Source: a virus
Length of the DNA stretch: 36,765 nucleotides
Strand: one strand, 5' to 3'
Virus record (IMG/VR): IMGVR_UViG_3300027796_000023
Shown: positions 15,419 through 24,008 of the stretch, piece by piece
How the letters are laid out: every line of letters begins with the position of its first letter
How positions within the stretch are numbered: the stretch's first letter is position 1
Program-made: the position numbers and the translations under genes
Notes under the pieces: model-generated
What the model was told of the DNA's origin: nothing
The model's database searches: none
The model's input: only the letters and a program-made list of their open reading frames with translations

Positions 15419-18085
15419 ATGAAATCAATATTTGACGAGGCGCGGTCCGCCGTCTCCGCGTCGCTTATACAGCAAATGCTCGAAACAAATGGCGCATATT
15501 GGGACGCTGGCGAATACTGGACGCGGAATCCGCTACGCGCTGACGGAACCGTCGGATCGTTCTCGATCAGTGAAACTGGGGTTTGGCACGACTTCGCCGA
15601 CGATACCGGAGGAGACCTGATCGACCTGATCGTCGATATGCGAAAATGCTCAAAAAAAGAAGCCGCCGAGGAAATAGTCCGCATGGGTGGACATTACGTC
15701 GCAGAAGACACTCGACAAAGTCGCGAGACGTCGAAAAAGGAAAAACAGCGCGACAAGTTTCCGCCGCAAATTCCCGCTCCGGAGGCCGCGCTCAAGAGTC
15801 TAAACCAGGCAATGCGGGCAGACTGGGCGCGCGATCGATACGGCGAACCGCTCAAGGGGTGGACGTATCGCGACGCCGACGCTCGCGTCGTATTTTGCGT
15901 CGTCCGGTATGAAAAGAAAAAACCTGACGGAACTATCGCGAAGGACGTCGTTCCGTTCTATTATGGTATTGACGAACGCTGGCACAACGGGAGCCCGCTC
16001 GACACTGGCCGACCGCTATTCAAGCTCGACCAGGTCTCCCGCGCTGATCGTTCGGTTCCGGTTCTCGTCGTCGAGGGTGAAAAATGCGCGTCCGTCGAGG
16101 TTCCCGGATATCTCGTCGTCACCTGGTCGCAGGGGACAGCGTCGGTTCTAAAAACCGACTGGTCTCCGCTCGAGGGTCGCGAAATTATAATTTGGCCCGA
16201 CGCCGATCATCAATACGACAAGGCCGGTAAACTTATTCCATGGCATGAACAGCCAGGCATGAAGGCCGCGCTTACGATCGCAAAACGATTACCAGGGGCG
16301 CGAATTCTCGACGTTCAGAGTAAAGCCGCGCAAAAAAACGGCTGGGATATTGCCGACGCCGTTTCCGACGGAGTCGATCCCGTTGCATTTATTGCCGACA
16401 CGCTGCCGCAGGTTGCCGGGGAAACAGGACGATCGGACGACGCGCTCCCGTTCGTAGTTCTCGGGCATGATACCGCAAGCCATTATTTTATGAGACGCGA
16501 TTCCCGCGTCATTTTCGCAGTAGGTCGCGGATCGTTCAACGCGATTAAGGCGCTCGAGATCGCTCCGCTTTCATACTGGGCGATCGACTTCTCCTCGAAA
16601 ACTGACGGAATCCGCGCTGTCGATATTTATGATTTTTTGATTAACCTATCGGCGGACGCTGGATCGTTCGATCATACAAAAGTAAGGGGCGCCGGAGTGT
16701 GGCGTGATAAAGACGGAATAGTTCTTAATGACGGGCAGCGCTTAATTATGCCTGACGGCACGGTTCGCGCATATGACGAACACCGGTCGGAATTTGTGTA
16801 TATAAAATCATCGGTAAAGTTTGGGGCAATGGCAGGACCGGAGGCGACAGACGAGGACGGAGCACAGCTCGAGGAGCTATTCAAGGCGCAATCTTGGACC
16901 GATCCCGCGATGGCTACGCTGGCTATGGGCTGGGCGCTGATAGCTCCGTTCGGTGGTATGCTAAAATGGAGGCCGCATATTTGGCTAACTGGACGAAAGG
17001 GGTCTGGTAAATCGTATATGCTCGAAAACCTGATCGCGCCGCTCTGCGGGCCGTTTGCTCATCGCGGATCAGGAAAAGACACGGAGGCCGGAATTCGCCG
17101 TTCGTTGAACATGGACGCGCGGCCGGTAATCCTTGACGAAATGGAGCCGAAATCCGCGAAGGCGCGCGAAAAAATCGGGAGCCTGCTCGAGCTCGCAAGA
17201 AACGCCTCGAGCGACGGTTCCGGCGTTATAACGATCGGAGGCGGAGTCGATGGCGGAGCCGTTACGTTCGTTATTCGATCGTGTTTCGCGTTCGCGTCCG
17301 TACAAGTTCCAGACGAGGACGCCGCCGTCGCGTCACGTATTATACGAATGGAACTACGCGCAGAGACCGACCAGGCCGCTAAATTCCGACGCTGCGCGGA
17401 GCTTTACGCCGAATGTATGCAGGACCCTAGTCGGTACACTCGCCGAATGTATCGGGCCTTGCCGCGGATACTTTCCGACGTCGAGTTTATACGATCGGCA
17501 TATCTCGGTATATTTGGAGAACAGCGCAGAGTCGACCAGGTTGCGCCGCTATTCGCCGCAGCATGGGCCGCGCAGTCGTCGTCAACGATACGCGACTCGG
17601 ACGCCGGACGCGAATGGCTCTCGGGATGGCTCGATCGCCTGGTCGCGTCCTCCGGAGAATCCGTCGAGGACGAGGACGCGGTCGTCCGTCATTTAATCGC
17701 CGCGCAAGTAAGAAACGACGACGGGAAAACGCGAACCGTAGCGGAGTGGATGAACGGGGTAATCTTGAACGGCGAGGAGGGCGCCGAGGCGAACCTGCTC
17801 TCGCGCAATGGTATCCGGCTTATGGACTACGAAGGAAAGCGCGTCGTCGCGATCGCGGCCGATAATCAACACGTTCGGAAAATTCTAACGGGGACAGCTT
17901 ACGAATCGGGATACGGCGCACAGCTCCGGCGAAATAAACTATGCGTCAAGGATTCGCATACCGTCCGTTTCGCCTGCGGTTGCCTGCGGGCCTGTCTGAT
18001 CGATTGGACAGGGTTCAAAAAACAATATATCGGCGAGACCGTCATCGCACAGCCTGCGCTCGCGGACGACACGATTCCGTTCTAA
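15419..18085 (+). CDS. Bifunctional DNA primase / replicative helicase (Toprim + P-loop, 888 aa)
   Basis: The N-terminus carries GSFSISETGVWHDFADDTGGDLIDLI. The Toprim motif is VLVVEGEKCA...IIIWPDAD and Walker A is LTGRKGSGKS. Confidence 0.8.
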   Translation: MKSIFDEARSAVSASLIQQMLETNGAYWDAGEYWTRNPLRADGTVGSFSISETGVWHDFADDTGGDLIDLIVDMRKCSKKEAAEEIVRMGGHYVAEDTRQSRETSKKEKQRDKFPPQIPAPEAALKSLNQAMRADWARDRYGEPLKGWTYRDADARVVFCVVRYEKKKPDGTIAKDVVPFYYGIDERWHNGSPLDTGRPLFKLDQVSRADRSVPVLVVEGEKCASVEVPGYLVVTWSQGTASVLKTDWSPLEGREIIIWPDADHQYDKAGKLIPWHEQPGMKAALTIAKRLPGARILDVQSKAAQKNGWDIADAVSDGVDPVAFIADTLPQVAGETGRSDDALPFVVLGHDTASHYFMRRDSRVIFAVGRGSFNAIKALEIAPLSYWAIDFSSKTDGIRAVDIYDFLINLSADAGSFDHTKVRGAGVWRDKDGIVLNDGQRLIMPDGTVRAYDEHRSEFVYIKSSVKFGAMAGPEATDEDGAQLEELFKAQSWTDPAMATLAMGWALIAPFGGMLKWRPHIWLTGRKGSGKSYMLENLIAPLCGPFAHRGSGKDTEAGIRRSLNMDARPVILDEMEPKSAKAREKIGSLLELARNASSDGSGVITIGGGVDGGAVTFVIRSCFAFASVQVPDEDAAVASRIIRMELRAETDQAAKFRRCAELYAECMQDPSRYTRRMYRALPRILSDVEFIRSAYLGIFGEQRRVDQVAPLFAAAWAAQSSSTIRDSDAGREWLSGWLDRLVASSGESVEDEDAVVRHLIAAQVRNDDGKTRTVAEWMNGVILNGEEGAEANLLSRNGIRLMDYEGKRVVAIAADNQHVRKILTGTAYESGYGAQLRRNKLCVKDSHTVRFACGCLRACLIDWTGFKKQYIGETVIAQPALADDTIPF

Positions 18086-18096
18086 TGGGGGATAAA

Positions 18097-18345
18097 ATGA
18101 TTTTAATGAAAAACTGCGATTGTATGGACTACATGGCGACGTTGCCGGACAAATCGTTTGCCGTAGCGATTGTCACGACCTCGGATTCGACCTCGTTTGG
18201 ATGGAAAAAGATCCCGAATATTATGCCGCTGCGCTCAAGCGATACCAGGAACACGCGGCGCAGGCGACGCTATTCGCTCCGCAGGAATTACGCGCAGGAA
18301 ATTACGCGCAGCTCGACCTCGGGGGGTTATAATGGGACGAAATAA
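18097..18345 (+). pseudogene. Internally deleted, frameshifted N6/N4 DNA methyltransferase remnant
   Basis: Frame A starts MILMKNCDCMDYMATLPDKSFAVAIVT, an MTase N-terminus up to where DPPY should follow. Frame B reads LGFDLVWMEKDPEYYAAALKRYQEH, an MTase C-terminal motif, and ends TAATG-coupled to the next gene at 18330-18334. About 180 aa of catalytic core are missing. Confidence 0.55.
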
Positions 18346-18766
18346 CGAGGCCGCTATTATCGCGCAGGTACTAATCGAGGCGACGCGCAAGGGCTGGCGA
18401 TTATTTCGGAATTCCGTCGGTCTCGCGTTTATGGGCGGGCAGATAACGGAGGAACGGACGATCACAGACAAAGCAGGAAAGCCGGTTCACCTGGTCGAGC
18501 TCGTTAATCCGCGGCGCGTCGCTGTCGGGCTCTGCAAGGGATCGAGCGACCTCGTCGGATGGCGTCCGGTCGAAATCACTAACGCCATGATAGGGAAAAC
18601 GATCGCGCAATTCGCAGCCGTCGAGTGTAAAACGCAAGGGTATAAACGCACGACGAGCGAACAGGACAATTTTATCGGCCAGGTAGTAAAAAATGGCGGA
18701 TTCGCGGCGATCGCTCGCGAGCAGTCCGACGGTTCCGTCGTATACGAGGAAATAAAAACGGAGTAA
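18332..18766 (+). CDS. VRR-NUC domain nuclease (144 aa)
   Basis: The motifs GWRLFRNSVG...GSSDLVGW...FAAVECKTQGYKRTTSEQDNFIGQVVKNGGFAAIA fit the D...E-x-K VRR-NUC pattern. Confidence 0.75.
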   Translation: MGRNNEAAIIAQVLIEATRKGWRLFRNSVGLAFMGGQITEERTITDKAGKPVHLVELVNPRRVAVGLCKGSSDLVGWRPVEITNAMIGKTIAQFAAVECKTQGYKRTTSEQDNFIGQVVKNGGFAAIAREQSDGSVVYEEIKTE

Positions 18767-18782
18767 AAAACACGTTCTGGAC

Positions 18783-18825
18783 TTGTGTTTTATGTAACTA
18801 TGATATACTATGATATACATATAAT
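18783..18825 (+). promoter_or_regulatory. Promoter-like element, copy A (TTGTGTTTTATgTAACTATGaTATAC...TATAAT)
   Basis: About 27 of 29 nt match the element at 22081-22109. It contains a tandem TATGATATAC duplication and a TATAAT at 18820-18825, in an AT-rich gap before the helicase gene. Confidence 0.5.
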
Positions 18826-18877
18826 GAGGCGTACTAATGACATATTTTAGTTTATGTTCTGGAATCGAGGCGGCGCG

Positions 18878-20437
18878 ATGATAGTTCTGCGAAACTACCA
18901 ACGCGCGATCCTGAACGATCCCGCGATCGTCGACATACTTTACTGGCTCGAGGGTAAACGGCCGGAACCAACAAAAAAACGGCCGGTCGTCGTATCACCT
19001 ACCGGTTCGGGAAAAACTGCCATGTTCTGCGCAATAGCAGAATATTGCAAGGCGCGACGACTCCGCGTCCTGATCCTGGTACACCGACAGGAAATACTTG
19101 AACAAACGCTCCGCGCCATGCAAAAAATCGGCGTTACCTGCGGGCAAATTCGCGCGGGAAAGCCGATGACAAGCGATTTAATACAAGTCTGCATGGTCGG
19201 GACGCTCGTCCGCAGGCTCGACCGCGTCGCTCGTCCTGATATAATTATCACCGACGAATGTCATCATACGCCGTCGCCGACATACCGACGAATTCGCGAA
19301 TACTGGTCGTCGGTCCCGGCTCCTGGATTTACGGCGACGCCGTCGAGACTCGACGGCGAAGGACTCGGGAAAGATTACGATTCGATTATACTCGGGCCGT
19401 CAGTCTCCGAACTAGTCCGCGATGGATGGCTCGCCGTTCCGGTTCTTTACAGGCCGCCGGAGGAAGTAACAGCACAATTTCATGTAACGCGCGGAGACTT
19501 TGATTCGAAGGAACAGCAAACCGTTATGTCAGGACGGAAAATCGTCGGAGACGTCATCGCGCACTATCGGAAACACCTCGACGGACAGCCCGTAATCGTT
19601 TCATGCGTATCCGTTGAACACGCTAAAATGATGGCGGGAGTATTCTCCGGAGCAGGATATACCGCGCGGGCCGTATGGGGAGACATGAAAACGGAGGATC
19701 GCGAGTCGGCGCTCGGAGGGCTCGGAGACGGATCAGTCCAGGTAGTCACGTTCGCGGACCTTATCGGGGAGGGAGTCGATATCCCGGCCGTCTCCGGGGT
19801 TATAATGCTGCGCCGAACGCTTTCGCTTTCGCTTTATTTACAAATTGTCGGCCGCGCTCTCCGGCCTATTTACGCCGAAGATATGCCGCTCGAAACAGCA
19901 GAACAGCGTCGCGCCGCGCAACTTGCTGGACCGAAGCCACGCGCTATCATTCTGGACCATGCCGGAAATTATCAATTACACGGGCACGTTCTGGCAGATA
20001 GAGAATGGACGCTCGACGCTAAAAAACGAGCAGGAAAAAACCAGCCGGCTCCGACGACGACAAGCTGTCCGCGCTGCTATGGAATTTGGCCCGGGAAGCC
20101 GCGCGAGTGTCCCGCCTGCGGGTGGTCGTTTGTCAAGGCCGAGGCCGCAAAAAAAGCCGCTGACATTAAGGTAATCGAGGGCGAGCTCGTCGAAGCGGGG
20201 ATCGCGGAGGCTGACGCCGAATCGACTGCGCAGTTTATCTCCGCGGCGCTCAAGGCAAATCCAAAAAACCGACAAAAAATACTTCTCGGCCGCGCGTTCG
20301 CGCTCGCGGTCGATGGCGAACATGGAAAGAATACGCTCGGCGCGCTCGCGAAGGCGGTCGGATATTCCGACCAGTGGACGCGCTGGGCTTGGGACTATGT
20401 CAAGGCGAAGCATCCGGCCGAGGCCGGATCGAGATAA
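18878..20437 (+). CDS. SF2 DEAH-box helicase with C-terminal zinc ribbon (519 aa)
   Basis: Walker A is SPTGSGKT and the DEAH box is ITDECHH. The zinc ribbon is CPRCYG...CPACGW. The ATG at 18878 has GAGG upstream; the ORF-track start at 18854 has no SD. Confidence 0.8.
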   Translation: MIVLRNYQRAILNDPAIVDILYWLEGKRPEPTKKRPVVVSPTGSGKTAMFCAIAEYCKARRLRVLILVHRQEILEQTLRAMQKIGVTCGQIRAGKPMTSDLIQVCMVGTLVRRLDRVARPDIIITDECHHTPSPTYRRIREYWSSVPAPGFTATPSRLDGEGLGKDYDSIILGPSVSELVRDGWLAVPVLYRPPEEVTAQFHVTRGDFDSKEQQTVMSGRKIVGDVIAHYRKHLDGQPVIVSCVSVEHAKMMAGVFSGAGYTARAVWGDMKTEDRESALGGLGDGSVQVVTFADLIGEGVDIPAVSGVIMLRRTLSLSLYLQIVGRALRPIYAEDMPLETAEQRRAAQLAGPKPRAIILDHAGNYQLHGHVLADREWTLDAKKRAGKNQPAPTTTSCPRCYGIWPGKPRECPACGWSFVKAEAAKKAADIKVIEGELVEAGIAEADAESTAQFISAALKANPKNRQKILLGRAFALAVDGEHGKNTLGALAKAVGYSDQWTRWAWDYVKAKHPAEAGSR

Positions 20438-20455
20438 AAAGGAGGATCGAAGGAA

Positions 20456-20728
20456 ATGGAAAAATGCGTAACGATTGAATTTAAGGGCGTCGAGCTTGAA
20501 ATCTCGGGGGATTATACGCCGTATACGCCGGCGAAAATTACCGCCGATCCGTATGATTCAGCGCCGGCTGATGGAGGGACGTTCGAAAATATCGCGGTCT
20601 TTGTCGGGGAAGTCGACATAACAGACCTACTTGGACAGGACGTCGTCGAGGAAATCGAAAACGAGGCCGCGGTCAATGCTGCGGAAAATGACGAACCAGA
20701 TTATCCGGAGGACTATAACGATGAATAA
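20456..20728 (+). CDS. Highly acidic hypothetical protein (90 aa)
   Basis: The SD is aaaggaggatcg. The C-terminus is DVVEEIENEAAVNAAENDEPDYPEDYNDE. Confidence 0.6.
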   Translation: MEKCVTIEFKGVELEISGDYTPYTPAKITADPYDSAPADGGTFENIAVFVGEVDITDLLGQDVVEEIENEAAVNAAENDEPDYPEDYNDE

Positions 20729-21845
20729 ATATACAAGGATACGCGATTTTGACGGCGCGCTCGCGAGCGGGGTCGGGTCGTCCGACATTCCGATACTCGC
20801 AGGACTCCATCGTCATTATGGATCGACGACGCTCAAGCTATGGGAGCAAAAAACCGGACGCGGCGAAAAATGGAACGGAAACGAGCGGACACGCGTCGGT
20901 CACGACCTCGAGGCCTATGTCGTTTTTCGGTTTGTCGAGGAGAAATTCGGCGAAGATATTGCCGCCGACGTATACAAGGCGAAGCTACGCGACAGATCAT
21001 CGGGGCCGTTTAAGGCGATGACGGAGGCCAGAAGCCCGGAAAAACCGTTCTGCATTGCTCACGCCGACGTTCTGGTCGATGGACAGATTTTAGTCGACCG
21101 CGGCGATGACGGACCGGTCGACCTGCCCGACGCGCCGTTTATAATCGAGGCGAAAACGGTCGGCGCATATGCTGGCAAGCGTCGCGAAGGACGGATTTTT
21201 ACCGGATACGACCAGGACGATCGGACCGCTCAAGGAATCCCGGACGCCGTTTTTCTCCAGGTCCAGTGGCAATTATTATGCTATGGAGTCGAATTCGCAT
21301 ACGTCGCGGCGCTAATCGATAATCAATACAGCTCTTGGGGTCCGATCGAGGCCGATACGCGCGTACAAGCGAAATGCTTAGCGCTCGCGGAACGATTTTG
21401 GAGACTCGTTTCGACAGATACCGCACCGACGCCGGAAACATGGGACGACGTTCAGAGACTTTTCCCGGAGCAAACAGACACTACCGTTATGATAGCCGGA
21501 GATCAGGAGGCCGACGTCCGCGAAATGATCGCGCGCGACAAGTCCCTCGCCGATCGAGCGAAGGCGATCGACGAGGAACGCGACGACATAAAAAACGCGA
21601 TTGGCGTCCTCTTGGGCGAGAGCTCCGTCCTCTCCTCCGGGTCGGGCGATATACTGGCGAAATCGAGCGAAACGACGCGCGAGTCGGTCGTCATAATGGC
21701 TCGAGAAAAAGATATAAAAAAGGCGCAGGCGAGAAAATCTCCTCCGCCGCTGACCGAAGAAGAAGGGCAGATTCTCGAGCTTGCCGCAGCCGTCCGCGAA
21801 CTCGGACTCGTTACGAAATCATCATTCCGACAGGTAAGGTTCTAA
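20721..21845 (+). CDS. YqaJ-type (lambda Exo-like, PD-(D/E)xK) recombination exonuclease (374 aa)
   Basis: The motif GSSDIPILAGLHRHYGSTTLKLWEQKTG is the YqaJ N-terminal signature. The internal ATG at 20721 overlaps the upstream gene's end. Confidence 0.75.
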   Translation: MNKYTRIRDFDGALASGVGSSDIPILAGLHRHYGSTTLKLWEQKTGRGEKWNGNERTRVGHDLEAYVVFRFVEEKFGEDIAADVYKAKLRDRSSGPFKAMTEARSPEKPFCIAHADVLVDGQILVDRGDDGPVDLPDAPFIIEAKTVGAYAGKRREGRIFTGYDQDDRTAQGIPDAVFLQVQWQLLCYGVEFAYVAALIDNQYSSWGPIEADTRVQAKCLALAERFWRLVSTDTAPTPETWDDVQRLFPEQTDTTVMIAGDQEADVREMIARDKSLADRAKAIDEERDDIKNAIGVLLGESSVLSSGSGDILAKSSETTRESVVIMAREKDIKKAQARKSPPPLTEEEGQILELAAAVRELGLVTKSSFRQVRF

Positions 21846-21846
21846 A

Positions 21847-22080
21847 ATGGGAAAAGCAAAAAGAAACCGAAGCGTCCGCCGACAGATCGACATGATCGCG
21901 ACCGAAACAGCGCACAGCGAAGCGCCGAAAATACCGCGGGTAAAGTGGTATCATAAAATACCTATTTTCGGGACAATGGCGTACCGAAAAAAACACCGGG
22001 AATATGTTTCAGCGCTCGTCATGTTCTCGGCGACGCTCGTCGCAGCGTCAAAAAAAACGTACCGCGGGAGTAAAAAATAG
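21847..22080 (+). CDS. Hypothetical basic protein with one predicted TM segment (77 aa)
   Basis: The ATG follows the exo stop directly. The hydrophobic segment is YVSALVMFSATLVAA. Confidence 0.5.
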   Translation: MGKAKRNRSVRRQIDMIATETAHSEAPKIPRVKWYHKIPIFGTMAYRKKHREYVSALVMFSATLVAASKKTYRGSKK

Positions 22081-22109
22081 TTGTGTTTTATATAACTATG
22101 GTATACAAT
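22081..22109 (+). promoter_or_regulatory. Promoter-like element, copy B (TTGTGT-17 nt-TACAAT)
   Basis: The -35 is at 22081-22086 and the -10 at 22104-22109. It is near-identical to 18783-18811. Confidence 0.55.
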
Positions 22110-22115
22110 GAGTAA

Positions 22116-22470
22116 CAAACAGCCGGGAAACCGGACGAATTAACTTCCGAATTCGTCCGCGCCGCCGTTGGCGTCAACGCGGACACCTGGGGGCGCAAGG
22201 CTAAGCAGGCGACGGAGCTATGGCCGGAAACAGCTGTGCGGCTCCTTGGCGGGTTCGACTCCCGCCGCTCCCGATCGTTCCGCGTATGCGGGACATAACT
22301 CCCGGCGGGGATAAACGCGAAAGTCTTATAGGTATTGATTGACGGTTTACCCTTCGCCGCCGTCGGCGATACGAAGGGAGTCGCGTCGCCGGTCCGTTAC
22401 ACAGCGGACGACCGCGAACTCCGATATCTTACCGGAAACGGTCGGAGCGAAATCGCAAGGCGGCATTTTT
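22116..22470 (+). ncRNA. Long GC-rich structured leader / candidate ncRNA between exo and recT
   Basis: There is no credible ORF in this span. Successive hairpins are CCGG-GAAA-CCGG (22123-22134), GGACGAATT/AATTCGTCC (22133-22158), CCGC(C)GTTG-gcgt-CAACGCGG (22162-22182), the tRNA-like module (22189-22272) and CCCTTCG/CGAAGGG (22350-22378). Confidence 0.35.
22189..22272 (+). other. tRNA/tmRNA-like acceptor + T-arm module (84 nt, non-canonical middle)
   Basis: GGGGGCG (22189-22195) pairs with CGCTCCC (22266-22272) with one G:T. The T-arm is canonical: GCGGG-TTCGACT-CCCGC (22249-22265). The central part folds as one extended arm (GGAGC/GCTCC) rather than as D and anticodon arms. Confidence 0.35.
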
Positions 22471-22486
22471 ATTTATGGGGGATTAT

Positions 22487-23416
22487 ATGGCAATAAACCA
22501 GAAACCGGACGAGGAAAAACAGGTCGCGCGCATCGGGCGACGCGGGCTCGAGACGGCCGTCGAAAAAATGACGCCAGAAATTATGGCGATTGCAGCGCCG
22601 TCGGTACGCTCTGCGGGGTCGACATGGCTCAAACGGGCGATTGTATCGATCGCGAACGACGACAAGCTCCGCGACGTTTTACAATCCGAGGCGGGTATTT
22701 TTTCCGTAATAAAAGGATTTGAGAAAGCCGCTACAATGGGACTACAGCTCGGAGGGCAATTCCCGCAGGCGTATATGACGGGATTCGACGGGAAAGCCGA
22801 ATTGATCGTTTCCGCAGAGGGATTCAAACACACCGCAATTCACGGGCCTGGCGCCGTTCTGTCTGATATGCTAATTCGCCGCGTTTACGAGGGTGAAAAT
22901 TTTGCTGTCGACTTTGCTGGAAACACCGTCGCGCACTCTTACGACGGGAAAACAGAACGCGGGAAAGTTATCGGCGTTTATTGCATTATGACGCGAACCG
23001 ACGGAGTCAAGATCATAGACTATATGACACGCTCCGAGGCGCTCCGGGTTCGCGACGGTCACTCGAAAGCATGGCGCGCTTTCCAGGCTAAAAAAGTCTC
23101 CTCCTGTCCGTGGAACACCGACGAGGACGCAATGATCGAGAAAACAGCCGCTAAAAAGTTTCTCCGAAAATTTGCCGCCGAAGCCGAGGGACTCGCGATG
23201 CTATTTGGTCAGGACGCCGACGATTTCGACGATCAGTCTACGACCACTCCCGAACCGGCTCCTCGAGACGTTTCGGACCGCATGGCCGATCACCTGGACC
23301 GCAGAACAGAACGCACGGCGGCCGCTCCTGTCGTTCCGCAGGCGGATACCGTCGAGGCTGAAGTCGTCGCCGATACTGAACCGGTGCAGGAATCGAAGCC
23401 GGTGGAGTTGTTTTAA
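22487..23416 (+). CDS. recT: RecT-family single-strand annealing recombinase (309 aa)
   Basis: The central motifs are AELIVSAEGFKHTA...RVYEGENF...GKVIGVYCIM...W...MIEKTAAKKFLRKF. The SD GGGGGA lies before the ATG at 22487. It partners the YqaJ exonuclease. Confidence 0.75.
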   Translation: MAINQKPDEEKQVARIGRRGLETAVEKMTPEIMAIAAPSVRSAGSTWLKRAIVSIANDDKLRDVLQSEAGIFSVIKGFEKAATMGLQLGGQFPQAYMTGFDGKAELIVSAEGFKHTAIHGPGAVLSDMLIRRVYEGENFAVDFAGNTVAHSYDGKTERGKVIGVYCIMTRTDGVKIIDYMTRSEALRVRDGHSKAWRAFQAKKVSSCPWNTDEDAMIEKTAAKKFLRKFAAEAEGLAMLFGQDADDFDDQSTTTPEPAPRDVSDRMADHLDRRTERTAAAPVVPQADTVEAEVVADTEPVQESKPVELF

Positions 23417-23417
23417 T

Positions 23418-23750
23418 ATGACAGAAACCGACCTCGTCACCATAAAAAACGCGGCGAAGATGCTCGACTGCTCGGAAATGACGATTCGTCGGCGTATGAA
23501 CGAGGGCGCGTTCGGCCCGATCGTCAAGCGCGGACGGAAATTCCTGCGACTATATCGCGAAAATGTCGAGGCATTCGCGCGCTCAGTCGAGGAAATTCGC
23601 TCGATCGTTCCGATTCAGCCCGCAGGATACGTCCATGAATCGGGGAGCGCTCCGGGTCGCCGTACCTGCGACGCCTGCGGGATCGTATGGGCTCCGACAG
23701 AAATCGTCACGCCGAACACCTGTCCGGAATGCGGCGAGGCGCTAAAGTGA
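23418..23750 (+). CDS. HTH (excisionase/MerR-like) DNA-binding protein with C-terminal zinc ribbon (110 aa)
   Basis: The HTH segment is VTIKNAAKMLDCSEMTIRRRMNEG. The zinc ribbon is CDACG...CPECG. Confidence 0.65.
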   Translation: MTETDLVTIKNAAKMLDCSEMTIRRRMNEGAFGPIVKRGRKFLRLYRENVEAFARSVEEIRSIVPIQPAGYVHESGSAPGRRTCDACGIVWAPTEIVTPNTCPECGEALK

Positions 23751-24001
23751 CGCCGCGAAAAGTATTACATCATGGGAAAGTATATGACAGCGTCGTTTCG
23801 GCGGCCGATGGGATCGGTGTACACAAAAACACGATTCTCCGCGCGCTCAAGTCAGGGAACATACTACACGGCGACCGCGTTACCTATTTTTACGAACCGG
23901 AAAAACGGAACGAACCACAAATCGCCGTAAAAGTATCGCGAGGCGATGGTCCGTTAATTAGAAAACCGATCACGCACGGGATCGGAATTTTGCGAAGGTA
24001 G
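23747..24001 (+). CDS. Hypothetical protein, possible small HTH protein (84 aa, GTG start)
   Basis: The GTG at 23747 lies 7 nt after GAGG and overlaps the previous stop (GTGA). The segment GVHKNTILRALKSG is HTH-like. Confidence 0.5.
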   Translation: MTPRKVLHHGKVYDSVVSAADGIGVHKNTILRALKSGNILHGDRVTYFYEPEKRNEPQIAVKVSRGDGPLIRKPITHGIGILRR

Positions 24002-24008
24002 GGGAAAA

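Noticed and set aside
15388-15684. Minus-strand 98-aa ORF at the primase 5' end, and plus-strand alternate-frame Arg-rich ORFs inside the primase/helicase genes (15583..15912, 17250..17696, 17563..17865, 19675..20001)
   Set aside because: They overlap a motif-rich long ORF. Their low-complexity Arg/Pro/Ser translations are characteristic of shadow frames.
20631-20720. Upstream ATG starts from the ORF track (20631 for exo; 8660, 9686, 10777, 18170, 18854, 22475, 23172, 23687, 24444, 28073, 32137, 32406, 34979 for others)
   Set aside because: The extensions overlap the preceding genes in other frames, lack SDs and add Arg-rich junk. Downstream starts show SDs and ATGA/TAATG/GTGA coupling with the previous stop.
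22189-22272. Calling 22189-22272 and 4206-4276 bona fide tRNA genes
   Set aside because: The acceptor/T-arm parts are convincing, but I could not fold canonical D and anticodon arms (22-nt or 8-nt loops, wrong junction lengths). They are reported only as tRNA-like elements pending tRNAscan-SE/ARAGORN.
22339-22722. 127-aa ORF spanning the structured non-coding region and the recT 5' end
   Set aside because: It has no SD and an Arg/Gly-rich low-complexity translation, and it overlaps recT out of frame. The region is better explained as structured RNA.
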